From Octopus vulgaris (Eukaryota): a stretch of DNA of 64,000 nucleotides. Made by a program: the position numbers and the translations under genes. Positions 12,753 to 27,649 of this stretch are shown one piece after another (positions within the stretch are counted from its first letter, which is position 1; the number at the start of each line of letters is the position of its first letter). Below the pieces are notes generated by a model. It did not search any database. It saw only the letters and a program-made list of their open reading frames with translations, and was not told the origin of the DNA. The stretch is from assembly GCA_951406725.2 (NCBI GenBank), contig OX597817.1, positions 107,694,001 to 107,758,000 of the forward strand. The letters run 5' to 3'.

Positions 12753-14340
12753 ATAAGAAAAACTATTGAAAATATGATGGTGAAAGTGTGTGTGTGTGTA
12801 CACGCACGCATGCACGCACACGCAAAATGAAGAAAATTAAATCAATCTTTATAAAAATAATATGAAATAGTTCTTTATTTGAAACATAAAGCAGTTTAAA
12901 TGGTTATTCTGGTTTGCTGTAAGATTGGTATTCTTTGAGGGTCTGAAATGAGAAATATTTTAAGAGTTGAAATCAACTTCATTGTTAAAAGAAAATTTCT
13001 TGATTATTTCTTCTGTTGTATTCCATAACTTTAAGACCATTATTGATTCCATTTGTACATCAATCAACATAGTTGGAAATGTTTTTACAATGAATAAATA
13101 AATGTACAAATAAAATCAAAAAAATTTGGAGCATATCTTCAGTGTAATCTTTTTGGATTAAATAACAATCTCTCTCTTCTATTTGAACTTTGAAATTTAT
13201 AAACATATTAATTGTATACTAAAGCTTGTTCTTCAACTGAATTAACCACAATCTATTACTGGTATTTATTGTATCAGTTCCAAATAGATGTAAAGTAAAA
13301 TCAACTCATGTTTAAGGACAAATTAAACACAGTAAAGTATTTAACTTAATATTCAACTGTTTCTGCTAACTTGCTATCTAAAAAGTAGAAGGTTGCAAAT
13401 TCTAGTTTTCTGCTTGGATATATAGATAACAAAGAAGAAAGCCAATGGTATTTAATGATTGCCTACAGTTTTTATTTGCTTAATGTGCTACTTATACAGC
13501 ATTCATTAGTATCTCTGTTATTTATGCTGTTTAGTGCTAAGTCAGCTCTGATTGAGCATACCTATCATTAAAGGCAATCCAGCCAGTGCCATTCCATATA
13601 TTTAGTTATAGTTTATCTTAAACTATATTTATTCATTGTGTCCTTTTCCTTAAGTGTGATTTAAGAGATTTAACTAGTATTTCTGGCAGATAAAATGACC
13701 ACTTTGTGGTTCTCTCATTAGTGTGGTGCATTTGCATCTATGTAATTATGTGAGTTGGAAATGTGTGCTGAGAGTAAGGTGATTCAGAATATAATTCATT
13801 CTAATTGAGGCACAAGGCCAGCAATTTTCGTGGGAAGGCTAAGTTAATTTCTTCAACCCGTGCTTGACCTGTGCTTTATTCTATCAACTCCAAAGGGGTG
13901 AAAGGCAAACTCGACCTCGATGGTGTGATTCAGTTTAATAATGACTCAAATGTATAAATGACTAAGGTAAAACCAGAGACTATAATCTTAGGGTGCAGAT
14001 GAATAAGGACCAGAATTATTAGAAATATTAATTTTCATCACAGTGAACCACATGTACTAAATTACGAAATTATGAAGTATGTACCTCAACTTATTGCATT
14101 ATTACTGTCAAATAATATAACCACTGTAGTCTACATCCTGGAGCCCATAAACTACTGGGTTGTTATAGACACACAAATTGTGTCATTGTTGAGTCCCATA
14201 AACTATTGAGCCACATTTGAGGTGTCTTTCTGTAGTGTATTTAACACAAGTTAGTCAAGAACATCCCAGCTTTCCAGATTTAAACTCAACAATGCAATTT
14301 TATGAAACACTTATTATTTAGAAGACTGTAGCATCTATAG

Positions 14341-14540
14341 CAGGGGTGGGCGAACTTTTTTGATCGCGGGCCGCACAGTGCGTCTTTGGAACCTTGGCGG
14401 GCCTCATTTATAAAAATCAAGTGAAAATATTGTGAATTACCGTACAACTGAAACAGTTACGAAGTATCTGCATAGAAGTTGGGATTCATAAAAGCTCTCG
14501 GCGGGCCGCATGAAAACCTATGGCAGTTTGCCCACCCCTG
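14341..14540. mobile_element. hAT (Charlie/Buster-like) MITE, 200 bp
   Basis: 16-bp TIR CAGGGGTGGGCGAACT / AGTTTGCCCACCCCTG with 1 mismatch; perfect 8-bp TSD ATCTATAG at 14333-14340 and 14541-14548; CpGs retained. Confidence 0.92.
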
Positions 14541-14550
14541 ATCTATAGTA

Positions 14551-14905
14551 TCATCATCATCATCATTGTCATCATCGTTGTCTAATGTCCACTTTTCCTT
14601 GCTTGCATGGTTTGGACAGAATTTATCGAGGCAGATTTTCTATAGCTGGATGCCTTTCCTGCTGCCATCACTCACTTGTTTGCAAGCAAGGTAATATTTT
14701 CCAATGACCAAACAGTTTATCCCATAGCACTGGAAATGAAAGACAACACATCTTGCATTATGGTGACACTCATTTACAACTACTCACGCAATATTAAGGT
14801 ATAGAGACAGTACCTCATAAACACACACACACACACACATATATACTTACATGTACAATGCACTTCTCTCAGTTACTATCTACCAAGTCCAATTACAAGA
14901 CTTTA
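14551..14905 (-). mobile_element. SINE with RTE-like 3' tail
   Basis: (ATC)n, then aatgtccacttttccttgcttgcatgg and tatagctggatgcctttcc, matching the reverse complement of the RTE 3' end. Confidence 0.65.
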
Positions 14906-16496
14906 TAAATAGAGTAAACTGATATATTTGAGTGTTACCTTGGCTGTGGTCACTGAAATATCATGTGAACTGTTGAACTTTTTGTTTAGGGACTATCCTG
15001 CAAACTTAGCCAACTGCAACTGTAACAGAGTAAATTATTGCAGAAGTAAATTTATTTTAATTTTCTTTTTCTTAGTTTGATAATGTTAAATCAACAAGGT
15101 AAACTTTACCTTATCCTGATTTTAGTGTTAGTACCAAATTCACCATCATCACATCAACTAATTCTTTGCATGCCCTCTCTCTCACTCCCCCTCTCTCCAT
15201 CTCCCCTACTTCTATCATCATGATCTCAAACACTAATACTACTACAGTGAAAGAAATGCAACAGTCAAAGTAAATAAAATAGTAATGGTAAAATGTTGTA
15301 GAAAACATGCTATTTTGCAAGAAGGTAAATAGATTTTACTTTCAAACCACTCAACGAACAGCTAAGGCAAGTCATAATCAGATATCTGACAGGATTGGGA
15401 GATTTCTTTGATACGTTACATATATGTAATATGATTAATGCTCAATGACACTCTGCTCATCACTTTAGACACACATGGAGAACAGACAACTATTATTGGA
15501 AACTAACTTTTTTTATACATCTTGAAAAAGATGACATGAAGCTCAAAGGCTCCTTGTTGCAAAGTGTTCATAAACATAAGATTAACATCATATTCAAGTT
15601 AAAGAACTTTAAAGCTGCTCTTGAAGACGATGGCAATAGCAATAGCTGGTGGATATGTTGTTGCTGCTGCTGCTAATCCTTGTAAACATTTCTGTGTGTT
15701 TTTTTTTACAAAACATCTTTCCAGCAAAAGCATTTATAAGACACGTGTTCAGTCTTTTGACTAACTCCTTGGTTTCTGATACTTTTCAAGACTTGACCAA
15801 GGCAAACAAAATATAAAAGAATCATTTAATTTCTCTATGATTAAATAATCATTTTACAACCTGACAACCATTCTGTTTGACATTGGTATAATTGGGACAA
15901 AAGCAATTCAGTCAACATGATTTATATCTCCCCTAAAAATAATTTCCCCCAGTAAGGTGTAGTAGATGCTATGGTAGCTTGACTATCTTGTGAAACCACA
16001 AGCAACAGCTATAATATTGACAGTAGTAACAGAAGCAGCAGCAGCACAAGCAGCAGCAGATATTGATTTTCTAATATTAGTGAAAGCTTGGCTGCATGAT
16101 TAAAAATTTTAATTCACAACCACATGGTTTCAGGTTCTATCTCAATGCATGACTCTTTGGCTAAGCATCTTCTATCATAGCCTTTGAATGATCAATACCC
16201 TTAGAAATTTGATAGACAGAAGAAACTGTGTAAAGCTTTGTTGTGTGTGTCTGCATGAAGTGTGCTTATATACACATATATGTTTATACACACACACAAA
16301 CATATGTATTTATGTGTGTGTGTATGTTAAAAAATTTCCAGTGAAAATAACAACACACACAAGATGAAATGGAATCAACTTTAGTTTATAAGATTAAAAA
16401 ATTGGAAGTGTCTTTGACACTTTAAGTTTAAGCACTTCTTGAAAAGATTAGTCTGTGTCGTGCAGTTTTAGCTATGTTATAATTGTAAGGTTCTTT

Positions 16497-16870
16497 TATC
16501 TCTTACTTTTTTCAGTCATAAGTCTGTGGCCATACTAGGGCACTGCCTTGAAGAATTTTTCATCAAATGAATTGACCTCACTTCTTTTTATTTAAGCCTG
16601 ATACTTCTGTCTATCTCTTTTGCTGAACTGCTAAGTTATGGGGACATAAGCACACCAGCACCTGTTGTCAAGTGTTGGTGGAGGACAATCACAAAACACA
16701 AATACATACACACACACACTACAAACTTCTTTTAGATTCCGGCTACCAAATCCACTCAAAGCTTTGGCCGGCCTGAGGCTAGAGTAGAAAGCACTTGCTC
16801 AAGGTGCCGTGCAGTGGGACTGAACCTGGAACCATGTGGCTGGGAAGTAAGCTTCTTACCACACAAGCAC
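16497..16870 (-). mobile_element. SINE family A, full length
   Basis: Tail, (CA)n linker and head blocks all present. Confidence 0.8.
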
Positions 16871-17035
16871 TCCTCTATCAAGAAAGATCAGCAGATGTTT
16901 AGAGATTTTTTTCTCTCTAGCTAACATGTATTTGACTTATGATATATGTCTTTGAGGTTAAATACATCACTTAATATCAGTAAATTTATTCTCTTGCTGC
17001 AAGAAGGTTATGACATTTAAAATGAAAATATACAA

Positions 17036-17770
17036 CAGTGGTCCTGAACCTTTTTGACTGTGGTACAGGAGATCAAATTTAAAAAAAAAATTTCCGAAGC
17101 CCTTCACATGGAATGTAAAAGATTATTAGTGTACTTTGCATGGAAAAAAACTGTTTTAAAGTTGAAAATTTAGAAATAAAAATATAGGAAACTATTGCTT
17201 ATTTTGTCTCATTAGTCATATTTATGTATTACAAGCATTAGTATGAATTCTCAAAAGTCTTAAATTATCATCTTCATTATTAAACAACTGTTTTCCATAC
17301 TGGCATAGGCTGGATGTTTTGACATGGAGCTGTCCACACTTCAGTTGTCTGTTGTGGCATGATTTCTATGGCTGGATGCCCTTCCCTATGCCAACCACTT
17401 AACAAAGTGTGCTGGGTGCCTTTTATGTGCCACTGGCATGGATGCACTTATGCAGCACCAGCATGGGTGCATTTACACAGCACTGGCACAGGTGCTTTTT
17501 ATGTGGTACCAGCACCTGAGAGGACAAGCCTGTATCTATGAAAGACAGTGATTTTTCTTAGCTTGATATGTCTTTTTAAGTACAGTAAATTGCCACATCT
17601 CTCAGTCCTTTGTCATTTCTTCAGTGAAACCCAGCATCTGAAGATCCATTCTCACCACTTTGTTCCACATCTTCCTGGGACTACTCCTACCCCTTTCACA
17701 AATTCCCTCCACAATTAGAGCTCAGCACTTCTTTATGCAAAATCTGTAGCACATCATTTGAGAACCATTG
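17036..17770. mobile_element. Decayed hAT-like element interrupted by an RTE 3' fragment (17266-17740, - strand)
   Basis: Termini cagtggtcctgaacc...ttgagaaccattg; no clean TSD. Insert contains ggctggatgcccttcc and tttatgtgccactggca repeats of the RTE UTR. Confidence 0.5.
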
Positions 17771-17937
17771 ATGTAAGGGCTGTAGGTTCAGTAGACTAAT
17801 CATTTAACTAGTATTTCTCTTTAGAAGATAATATTGTAAGCAGTTGTTGTTTTGTTCGAAATCAACCCTGATTGAGCAGACCCATACTCAAAGGCAATCC
17901 AGCCCACAACCATCTCATCTTTTGTTATCCACTATTA

Positions 17938-18180
17938 TGAGAAGGTGCTGAAAAGTTCCTGGCCTCGGGTAAAAGAAAATACAAGAGATTCAGTTAATTA
18001 TGATTTTATTCGACATATTCTCCTCTCAGATCCACACACTTACTGCAGTGGTCCTTCAGTTTTTTTTCCTTTTTTTTTTTCAGTTTTTCTAAACTCTGTA
18101 AAAGAACTCAGAAGCTTGAACCACCAGCCAGGCCTTTCATGATATCCTTAAAGCCAGGAAATTTTCAGCCCCCCACCCTG
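17938..18180. mobile_element. Tc1/mariner-type MITE
   Basis: TIR core gctgaaaagttcctggc / gccaggaaattttcagc, flanked by TA at 17936-17937 and 18181-18182. Confidence 0.7.
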
Positions 18181-20609
18181 TATGTTATCCAGTGTGTCCT
18201 GGCTTTTTTTTTTTTTTTTTTTCATACACATGATTTGACAAAATCCTGTGTATGATCCGAGAAATATTTGGCTGCTATTCCTTCAACATCGAGAGATTTA
18301 TCACTTGTTTGTTATGAGCAACTTTATTTCACCAACGTTTCTTATATCCCCACCCTTTGTATCATTGAAGACACAATACTGGTCATAAATTTCCACCTTA
18401 CAATCACTGCTGTTCTATTTTACAACTGGGTTATATGTATTTATATGTTTCAGTTTGACAGACTGACAACAGATTGCACTTTTAGAACAAATATTTTTCC
18501 ATCCAAGTTAATCCAAGGGAAGAAGGGATGAATAGAGTAAATAAAAAGTTTGAGAGAAGCAAATTAAGGATGTCAACAATTCTTACTTGAAATGTCTTCG
18601 TAGTTTGGTCTATTTCTTTCCTATCAGTTTACAAAACCTAACTTTCACCTGGAGAAGTTAAGTACAAAATAGCCTAACATGAAGAAGGTTTGGAAAAAAT
18701 TAACAGATATAATTAACAGGAGTGTGACTTAAAAGGGAATACCAAAGCATAGTTTTCAGCAGCTCCTTAAAGCTAATCTAAGAGACAATACCACAAAGTT
18801 TTGTGATGCTCCAGTACTTGTCTGGTACTTATCTTATTGACCACAGAAGAATTTGAGGCAAAGTTCTTTCAGCTTTCATCTATCAAAGCCACTCACAAGC
18901 CTGTGTTTGGTCTGGGTTTATTGTAGAAGACACTTGCCCAAAGTCTCATGCAGTGGGACTGAACCAGAACCATATGGTTGGGAAGCAAACTTCTTACCAC
19001 ACAGCCACACCAGCACCTAAAAATTTGAAAGTTTAATTAAAATGTGAAAAACTTGTGTTGTAATTTTACTAAGATATTTTTGGAAAAAAGTATAAAATTT
19101 CAACACCAACACAAAATTGTGTAGAAATTACCTCAGTAAGATTATGAAAATGATTTTTACATTCTTTTAACTTTCAAGTCTTTTGTTCTTATGAACCATT
19201 AATTTTAGTGTGTTGTTCAACCATATCGTAAGTTGTTTGCCCATTATGGATATTCACTGCACTAATTTTCAGCTGGAATGGCAATGTGCCTTCTCATTTC
19301 CTGTCTGGGAAACAGTTCAGAACTTTATACTTGATACCTGTCCAATTTATTTATGAATCCATTCTCTGGGGAAAATTTTGGACCAGAAAATATTCGACTG
19401 TGGAAAGAAAAAGAAAATATTATCATTGTTTTCATACTTGAGGTAGCCTAATATTGGTATGCTGTGTAATAATACTTTTGTATAATTGCATTAGACAGCT
19501 TCAATTGTAATTTTACCAACACCAAATACCATGGAAGAAATAAATGTATTATTTAATTTTTTTATTTTTGTGTCAGAGAAATAATCTTTGCTTCTTAAAT
19601 TTTTTAATATAATTAAAAACAAAAAACACCTTCCATTTCTCTTCTCCAATTATATTTATTCAGTTGCCATTCTCCACCCCTAACCTTAATTCTCTGTCTG
19701 TTGCTGTTATACATCCAGCGATCAATCAGTCTCTCTTTCTCTCTCTCCCTCTCTCTCTCTCCCACATGCTCTTTCTGCTCTTTTCCCTCCTTTATCTCTC
19801 TCTGTCTTTGTTTCTATCTCCTCCCTCTCTCTCATATCTTGTCCAGAAACCTTCTTTTCATCTTTTCTGAGGATTCAGAAAGCATGTATGTAGTACATTA
19901 ACTTTTGTTGTTCGATCTGTTTTTTATTGAAAATATACATATAGTGTAGGTGTGTGTGGTTTAGGTGCTGGAACATTATTGATTCATTGGCTGTTGGATT
20001 TAATCCAGTTAGAGATTTTGTTCTGTCTTTATGAATAAGATGTTGGTCTATTAAATGAAGAAAATATACCACTCCTATTCATACCTTGGACAAGTAGTTA
20101 TTAGGTGCTGTAAAACATATGCTCAAGCAATTCATGAAAGATATTAAAAATGAAATAACAAAACAAACCATATGAAAATGTAATTAGTTTGTTTGCTTAT
20201 GATAGGTTTTCTAACCATTTTGGATTGAAAGATTGCTTTCTAGGTGATATATCCACAATAATTAAGTTAGTGTTAACATATTGAGTACAGTGGACATTAA
20301 AAGGTCAATTAGAAATAATTATGTAGTATTAAAAAAGGCAATATTAATCAATGATTAATATTTGTTTAATTACTCTGGCAAGTCTGGATATATTTCAGTC
20401 TTATTTGACCTTCTCAGTAAAGCATAAATGTAATGGCTGTGTGATTCTCTCATCACTACTGCAGCTATTATGTACAATATTGTACACATACAATATTGTA
20501 TTTGTATAATATTGTATGCATCTTGTAATAGAAAGTTATATGTAATAAACTGCATTGTGACATAATCTGTTACCATATTTATCTCACTTCCAAAGAATAT
20601 AACAATATA

Positions 20610-20662
<53 letters not shown>

Positions 20663-21534
20663 CCATACAGCTGCATACATGTATTTTTTGGTATTTTTTT
20701 TTAATTTTCATCTTTTATCATGACTCTGTGATTATAAATTCACACTACACTACTTAGCTTAATGAATATTGTAGGTAAGTGAATTCTATTCCAGATTGTA
20801 ATTCACATTCAGTTGTACAACAGAAGAAAGTACAATATTAGATATTATACTTGCCTTTTCATTCCTATCTATCTAAGACTGCCTCTGGTTTCATGATTCA
20901 ATTTGAATTAAAATCTTCCATCATAGAACTTTTTGTCACATTCAAATGCTGGTTTGATAAATAAGTTTATTTTATAAAATCCCTCCAAATTTCTTTTGAT
21001 TATTTTCAAAATTACTTGAATCACACAAGGAACATCATATTTCAGTAGATATATGCTAGTAAAATGGTTAAATTAGTTCAATTTACTTTAGGAAAATGTC
21101 TTCAATCATATAATGAATGTATTTTCCTTTTGCATTTACTTCAATATCAGAATAGTTATTGTGCTTTCATATGCAATATCACAGACATTCTTCTTGCTCT
21201 ATTCTACATTACTTATGGATATTGACTGTAATTTGAAAGCACAGAATGTCTTTCATTGAAGTTTCATAGCTACAATATTGAACCAGTTGCATGGTTTGCC
21301 AGCCCACATGGAGGATATTTTAATGAGGCACCACTTGTGTGGATGGCTATTGGCTCACATAAAGCTCATCTGTCTTTTTTATGGGTCTTCTTTCTTAGTT
21401 CTGTAGATTATCCACAATACTCTCTTCACCTCGCAAGCTAAGTGGCCAAGTTGGTTTAGTCACTGACCGCCTGATCATGAAACACAGTTACATGGTAACA
21501 GTAGCGAGCGAAATGGTATTTTCTTGACTTACTA

Positions 21535-21819
21535 CAAAGCCTGGTACTTATTCTGTCACTTTCTTTTCCTGAACCACCAAGTTATGGGGATGTAAACAGA
21601 CCAACACCAAATGACAAGTGGTGGTGGGGGACAAACAGACACAAAGACACACACACAATGAGTTTCTTTCAGTTTCTGTCTCCTAAATCCACTCATGAGG
21701 CCTTGGTCAGCCCAACGTTATAGTTGATCACACTTGCACAAGATGCTACCCTATGGGACTGAACCTTGAACCATGTGGTAGGGAAGCAAGCTTCTTATCA
21801 CACAGCCATTCCTGCACCT
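21535..21819 (-). mobile_element. SINE family A
   Basis: Shared body (aagttatggggatgtaaac) and head blocks. Confidence 0.75.
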
Positions 21820-22705
21820 ACAATAAATATATAATAATTAATTTTATTATCTTTATGTATTTGTTTTGCAAGATTCCTAATGTGAAATCATGTATTGAAA
21901 CATATTGTCATATTTCAGAATGGTCATTTTCTGTTTTCTTTTTGTCTTTCTTTTTTTTTTACCAAATAAATACATACACAGTATATTTGTTCTTCACTTC
22001 TTATTTTATGTCCTTTGGAAATATTTTGTCACACATCTTGTGACATCTTCAGTAACTCTCCATTCCCTCCCCCACTAAATAAGAACAAATTGTAAAAAAA
22101 TAAATCTGAAGTGAAGAACAAATACATTGTATGTGTGTATATTTGGCAAAAATAAAAAATAAAATGACCATCCCTAAATATAACAATAATTAATTTTATC
22201 ATTTCAAAGTATGTAATTACTTATGCTTAACAAATTTAAGTGACCAGACACTACACAAACTTATTTATGATAAATTATTACTTCTGACTTATTTGTGATA
22301 TTGTTGTTGTTTATAGTTAATCTTCAATTCAGCCCTGACCATAGATGATCCAACCATGATGGTCTGAACTTTCCATATATATCTAGAACCATATTATCCA
22401 ACTCAGCTGTCTTTTCTGTGATGGCAAAGAGTTATTTGAAGGAAATATGGCTATCATTTCTAGCAGATCAGATGACAATGCAGAGACTCATGTCTTCAGG
22501 TGCTTCAGTGTTGGATGACAAGTTCCCTACAGTTGACAGAAATACTTCTGACATATAGAAGACTTAAAACACAGACTATTTTCATGTAAGATTTGAAAGA
22601 AAGGGGAAATAGTTGTCATTGGAAAATAAATTAATAAAGTTAGAGGTGACAGAAAGGTCATTAATGAAAAGGTAAAAGAGATAACAGAACCCTAGAATGC
22701 AGTTG

Positions 22706-22747
<42 letters not shown>

Positions 22748-23499
22748 GACATGTATCAACTTATATATCAATACATTGTAATTATCTATTAAAGGAAAGA
22801 AGAAAGGAAAGGTTTTTGTTTATCTACCTTTTTTTTTGTTTTTTGTGACGTTCCCTTCTTAAGAGAATTTATATGAAAAGGTCATGAAGATAAGAGAAAA
22901 TATCTTATTTAAATTACATTGTTTAGAAATTTATTTTTTATATATATATTAGCATGGTTTATAGAATGTAGACAACAATATGGAATCATGTATTTCAGAT
23001 CGTCTCTCAAGTATCTTGAGTACAAATAATGTTTAACAATACATTAATACAAGCATACTAATAGATATATTTTTCATTATATTTACTTTAGAAGTTATTG
23101 TCAAAGAATGTAACTTTCTAAAACATTCTTCAATCAATTGTTGCATATAAACCAAATGATTCAAGAAATTATCAAAACAGTTTATTTTCTGGTTTTGTGA
23201 TTAGCATTTCATCATTTATTGTTTAAGGTAAAATGCTGCTTTAGAGAATGAGAAATAAAAGCTTTGAGTGGGGTGGGTATCAGTGAACTATACCTAGAAA
23301 TTAAGTGAATGAGCCAAGAGAGAGAGCTACTGTGCAGTTTATTGACCTTCTGTCAAATTTCCTTCATATCATACCTTACCCTCTTTAAAAAAGGAAGGAT
23401 ATATTAAATAATATAGTGCTAGATGTACTCTCTGAAAATAAGATGGAATTGCAATATTCTTTGTTGGATCAGGGTTTCACTTATGGTTGAACTACAAAC

Positions 23500-24450
23500 C
23501 AATGAAATAGAAAGCTAGATGTCAGGTTATCTTCATGGTAGCAAGGATACACAGCAGCTAGGAGGCTGCCAATATCTCCCTCTTTCAAAAGAAGTATGAA
23601 ATATTTTGAATTACAGGATAGTGTATCAGAACAAATAACAATTCAGAGATAAAGTGTTCCAAGTGATATGGATGCATTTGCCATTACTGATAATGAAACA
23701 AAAATGGCTTAGAAGTATTTCTGTAAGAGGTTTTTGAATACATCAGTTCTAAAAGAATAAAGAACTGATATAACAAACATGAAATCAAGTTTGGTTCTGG
23801 AGACAGGGTGAAATGCAAGGATACTAAGGTTAATTAGTAAGATACTGAAAGAAAGAGAAGATATACTAGCATTTTATGTGTTACATACTTAAGTTAATCA
23901 GATTATATTGCAAAGTGTTATTTCTGATGATATGCAGCACAGTACCATTGTAATTAATACATTAGTAAGTGATGTATTAAAGAGTAAAATATTGCAGATT
24001 TAAACTAATTGAACTATCGTTGATGGAAAGGGTTCTAATGAAGCTTGCAGTTTGGATTTGTAGAAATATATGGAACCACATCTTATGTTAGAGGTAACAA
24101 CTGAAGAATACTTTAACAAACAACAAACAACTATTTGCATGTATGTGTCTGGAAAAACTTTTGAAGTTATTGAATTTAATTGACTATGAGTTAGTTACAT
24201 TTGGGAGTTGAACAAGTATTGTATGAGAGTCAGGATTGTGCTAGGCATGAAGTTTAAAATATAGACTTTTATTCATTAAGATGCTATCCTCAACATCTTT
24301 CTCTTAATCCTATACTTTGAAAAGCTCCAGATTGGATTTTTATGGTAGCTTTCTTATTTTGCTAAACTACAAAAGAAGTTGAAATGTGTCAAAGCAATTG
24401 GAGATGGTCACATCTACGAATCTTGATATTAATTATGACAGTGCTAACAT
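23500..24450 (+). mobile_element. Very old RTE-like RT remnant
   Basis: Faint similarity to the QFGFVPG..TTDA region and downstream RT of the 55981 element; boundaries approximate. Confidence 0.3.
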
Positions 24451-24689
24451 ATTTAGTGCTGGGAGCATTAAAAAGTTTATTAGAAATAATTATGCACTGA
24501 AGCAAAAATATGATATCAGTCAGTAACTAATAAAATTTTAAATACTTTAACAATTATGAAAGACCACCCCATATTTGATCTTATTCTGAACTTTTCAGGG
24601 TTTACCAAATTTGAACAAACAGAGAAATGAATAACCAAGAACTTGGTGGTGTTTCAGTCAGTGAAAGTAATGGGTCACAAACCTTGTGA

Positions 24690-25044
24690 TAGAATCTCTG
24701 GATGATTCACAGGGTAAAGAACCCCTTTGGTCAAATGACCTTGGGATTACACCTAGAAAGGTACCTTCCAAGGCACAAGTCCAGGCAAGGTTGTTTATGG
24801 AAGACCAACACTTGCCCATGCATACCAGCCTCCCTTCTCCATGTCACCAATGTTATCCAAGAGAAATGCAAAGGCTGATATGGCTTGGCACCAGCAACTC
24901 ATTTTTGCAGCTGAGTGAACTGGAGTAATGTAAAATAAAGTGTCTTGCTCAAGAACACAACGCACAGCCTGGTCCAGGAATCGAACTCACTACCTCATAT
25001 GATTGTGAGCCCAACACTGTAACCACTGAGCCATGTACCTTCAC
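24690..25044 (-). mobile_element. tRNA-derived SINE, family C
   Basis: cagctgagtgaactggag..aataaagtgtcttgctcaagaacacaac..ggaatcgaactc..aaccactgagccatg; second copy at 59800-60126. Confidence 0.75.
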
Positions 25045-26002
25045 ACTGATTCACTGAGAGACAAATTTAATTTGTTCAACATCCTGAAAATTCAGTTTCA
25101 TATGTTGATGATACAAGATAAACACATTCTGAAAGTTTCTATGTTGTAGACTCATCACCTGATACCAATGTAAAAATCCCCCACCCCCTACCCCAAATAT
25201 TAAAACGACAGGCTACTTTTTATTGACTCTCACATATGATAATTAATTGATCATAATTTCCAGAATTCGCGAAACTAATGATTTTTTTCATATGAGAAAA
25301 TATTATATGGATGATTTTCATTATGTACAACTAATTACATTTTATTGAATAACAATTAACAGAATGTATAAAGGAATAAAGTTATTGTATACTTTCACAA
25401 AAATTGGGAAGAAATGATAATTTTCTTTCTTTTTTTTGTTTTGTTACAGTGAATACACCATAATCAAACAACCTTTTCAAAATCATTTGTAACCTTTTAA
25501 TGTGTCTGACATTAAAATCTATTACTTTTGACAAGTTGTCTATTTAGTTGCTTAGCAGGCAGATAAATGCTATTGAGAATATCAAAGATAAGTACCTAGT
25601 TCTGTTGGGCAACCAATTTTTGGGTTGCTGGTTTTTCAAAAATGTGTCCTGAGTAGTGTGTAATATTTCTGATTTGTTTAACAACTTATCTAAATGTAAG
25701 TAGTGAATCTGTCAGTCAATTCTGAATAACACACCCTCACTTCTCCTTGTTGGTTTATTTTGTTGGATGCAAGCATTTAAAGAAACAATATTTTGTAGGC
25801 GTATATTAAGTATGCATAATTAGCACGGGGATATAGGCAGGTGTTGCTATTTGGTGTCTTCTTGTTTTTAAGCCATCTTACTTGAAGCAGGTTGACGATT
25901 GAATTCCCTTCAGCAGTAAGACTTTTAATCTCACTTTTAACAATTCAACATTGTGACAATTTTTCTTTTATCTAACTGCTTCCTCTTCCCATTTCTTCTC
26001 AG

Positions 26003-26037
<35 letters not shown>

Positions 26038-26719
26038 CTTTTTTTTATTAGTTAATGTTTAATTTATTGATTTCATTTACCCTTATATTATATAACAGGT
26101 CTTCATCATATTTGTTTACTGCTCAGCTTTTCAACTAAACAGATTGTAGGATGTTAACTTCTCCATTTAATTCTTATTGTTTATCACACCCTTTTAATCC
26201 CTTTTCATTATCATTTATTTTTTTATTTTTATCATTTTTGCCTTTTAAGATTGCACTTTTGCTGTTGTTTTATGAAAGTATTAATTGTCTGATTGGAACA
26301 GTTTCTTTAATGTTGCCCTACATACACAACTTGAGAACATTGTTTCATAGTGAAACTAGAACCCATTTAGCTTTTTAAGAAGATTTAGTCAACTAAATAT
26401 ACACTAAAATCCAGAAGCAGAAGAAATGGTTATGTCCTGTGTCAGCAAAAATTAATCCATATGAGAATTTGTTGGAAATTTAGTGTGTTAATATGTTGTG
26501 AAGAGTGAAACAATCTTATGCTACAGATTCTTGCCTTTAATCCAGGGGAGATTATATATAGAAATATTGGAGACTTGGTCACAAAATTTGATAAACTGTA
26601 TTACCACTATAACAGAATTTAGAATCTTAAATCTGCCAAGTGTTATTTGGACCACTCACTCAACATACTTTTGAACTTCAATTTCTATCAACTACTCCAC
26701 ATTGTACCTATTTCTTTAT

Positions 26720-26861
26720 TACCCACAAGGGGCTAAACATAGAGGGAACAAACAAGGACAGATATAGGTATTAAGTCGATTACATCGACTCCAGTGTGTA
26801 ACTGGTACTTAATTTATCGACCCCGAAAGGATGAAAGGCAAAGTCAACCTCAGTGGAATTT
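26720..26861 (-). mobile_element. SINE family B fragment
   Basis: ctggtacttaatttatcgaccccgaaaggatgaaaggcaaagtcaacctc is the reverse complement of the family B body. Confidence 0.75.
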
Positions 26862-27429
26862 TTGTCACGGTATAACTATGGCCCATTGGACTCTCTGAAT
26901 ATCATGCCTAATGAAAAATTGCCTTTTTCAGTAATATGGTCCACCTGATGATGAGCCATGTCTCATGTGGCCTGCTTCTTGGAAAAGGTTGCCTATGTCT
27001 GTTCTCTCCCCGGAATGTAATTTTCAAGATATAGTATTTATCACAAGATGATATCCATGACTGTTTAAAATTCAAATTTCAAATGTTTAAATAGAGTAGT
27101 TTTTTTTTTTTTTTCTGAATCTATTTAAAAAAAAAAAAATTAATAATATTAGAGACAAATCTTCTATTGGACAGGATGTTTGTCTATCATAAGTTGTTTC
27201 TGTGGTGAGCAGCTATCTACTTTCCAGATGCAGTTTATTGCAGAATATAATTACCTAGCTAAAAATGTTGATATTTTAAATAAAACAACCCTTTAGGTAC
27301 TCTTCCGTTGCATTTGAAAATTTATTAATTAATAAACAACACCTCTGTATTATATAATTTGAACGTAAGTTAATAAATTAATCGATAATATAAAACCTGT
27401 ATGTTAAAAGATATTCAGGTGTTATTTAA

Positions 27430-27649
27430 CCCTTTCGTTACTGTATTTATTTTGAGATGCTCTGCATTTCTTTCACTTACTTTAAATATAACAAAGAATT
27501 TAGTAAAATAACTTAGTTATCATGAAGCTAGTGTTAGGAACATAAATTGTGACTTAGGTTTGGTGGAAGATTTTAATTCAAAACTTATGAAAACAAGATA
27601 TTTGTACTCAGAGCCAGAGCCAATTTCAGCCGGGTTGGTAACGAAAGGG
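27430..27649 (+). mobile_element. piggyBac-type MITE, family A, intact 220 bp
   Basis: Perfect 12-bp TIR CCCTTTCGTTAC / GTAACGAAAGGG; TTAA TSD at 27426-27429 and 27650-27653. Confidence 0.92.

Noticed and set aside
19730-19890. Long pyrimidine tract, CAG and a downstream GTATGT as a possible 5' UTR exon
   Set aside because: The tract is a decayed (CT)n repeat, and nothing beyond generic splice dinucleotides supports it.
26940-26990. CTGATGA followed by a hairpin and a later GAAA
   Set aside because: GAAA is not adjacent to the putative helix II and no helix I/III pairing was found, so it is not counted as a hammerhead.
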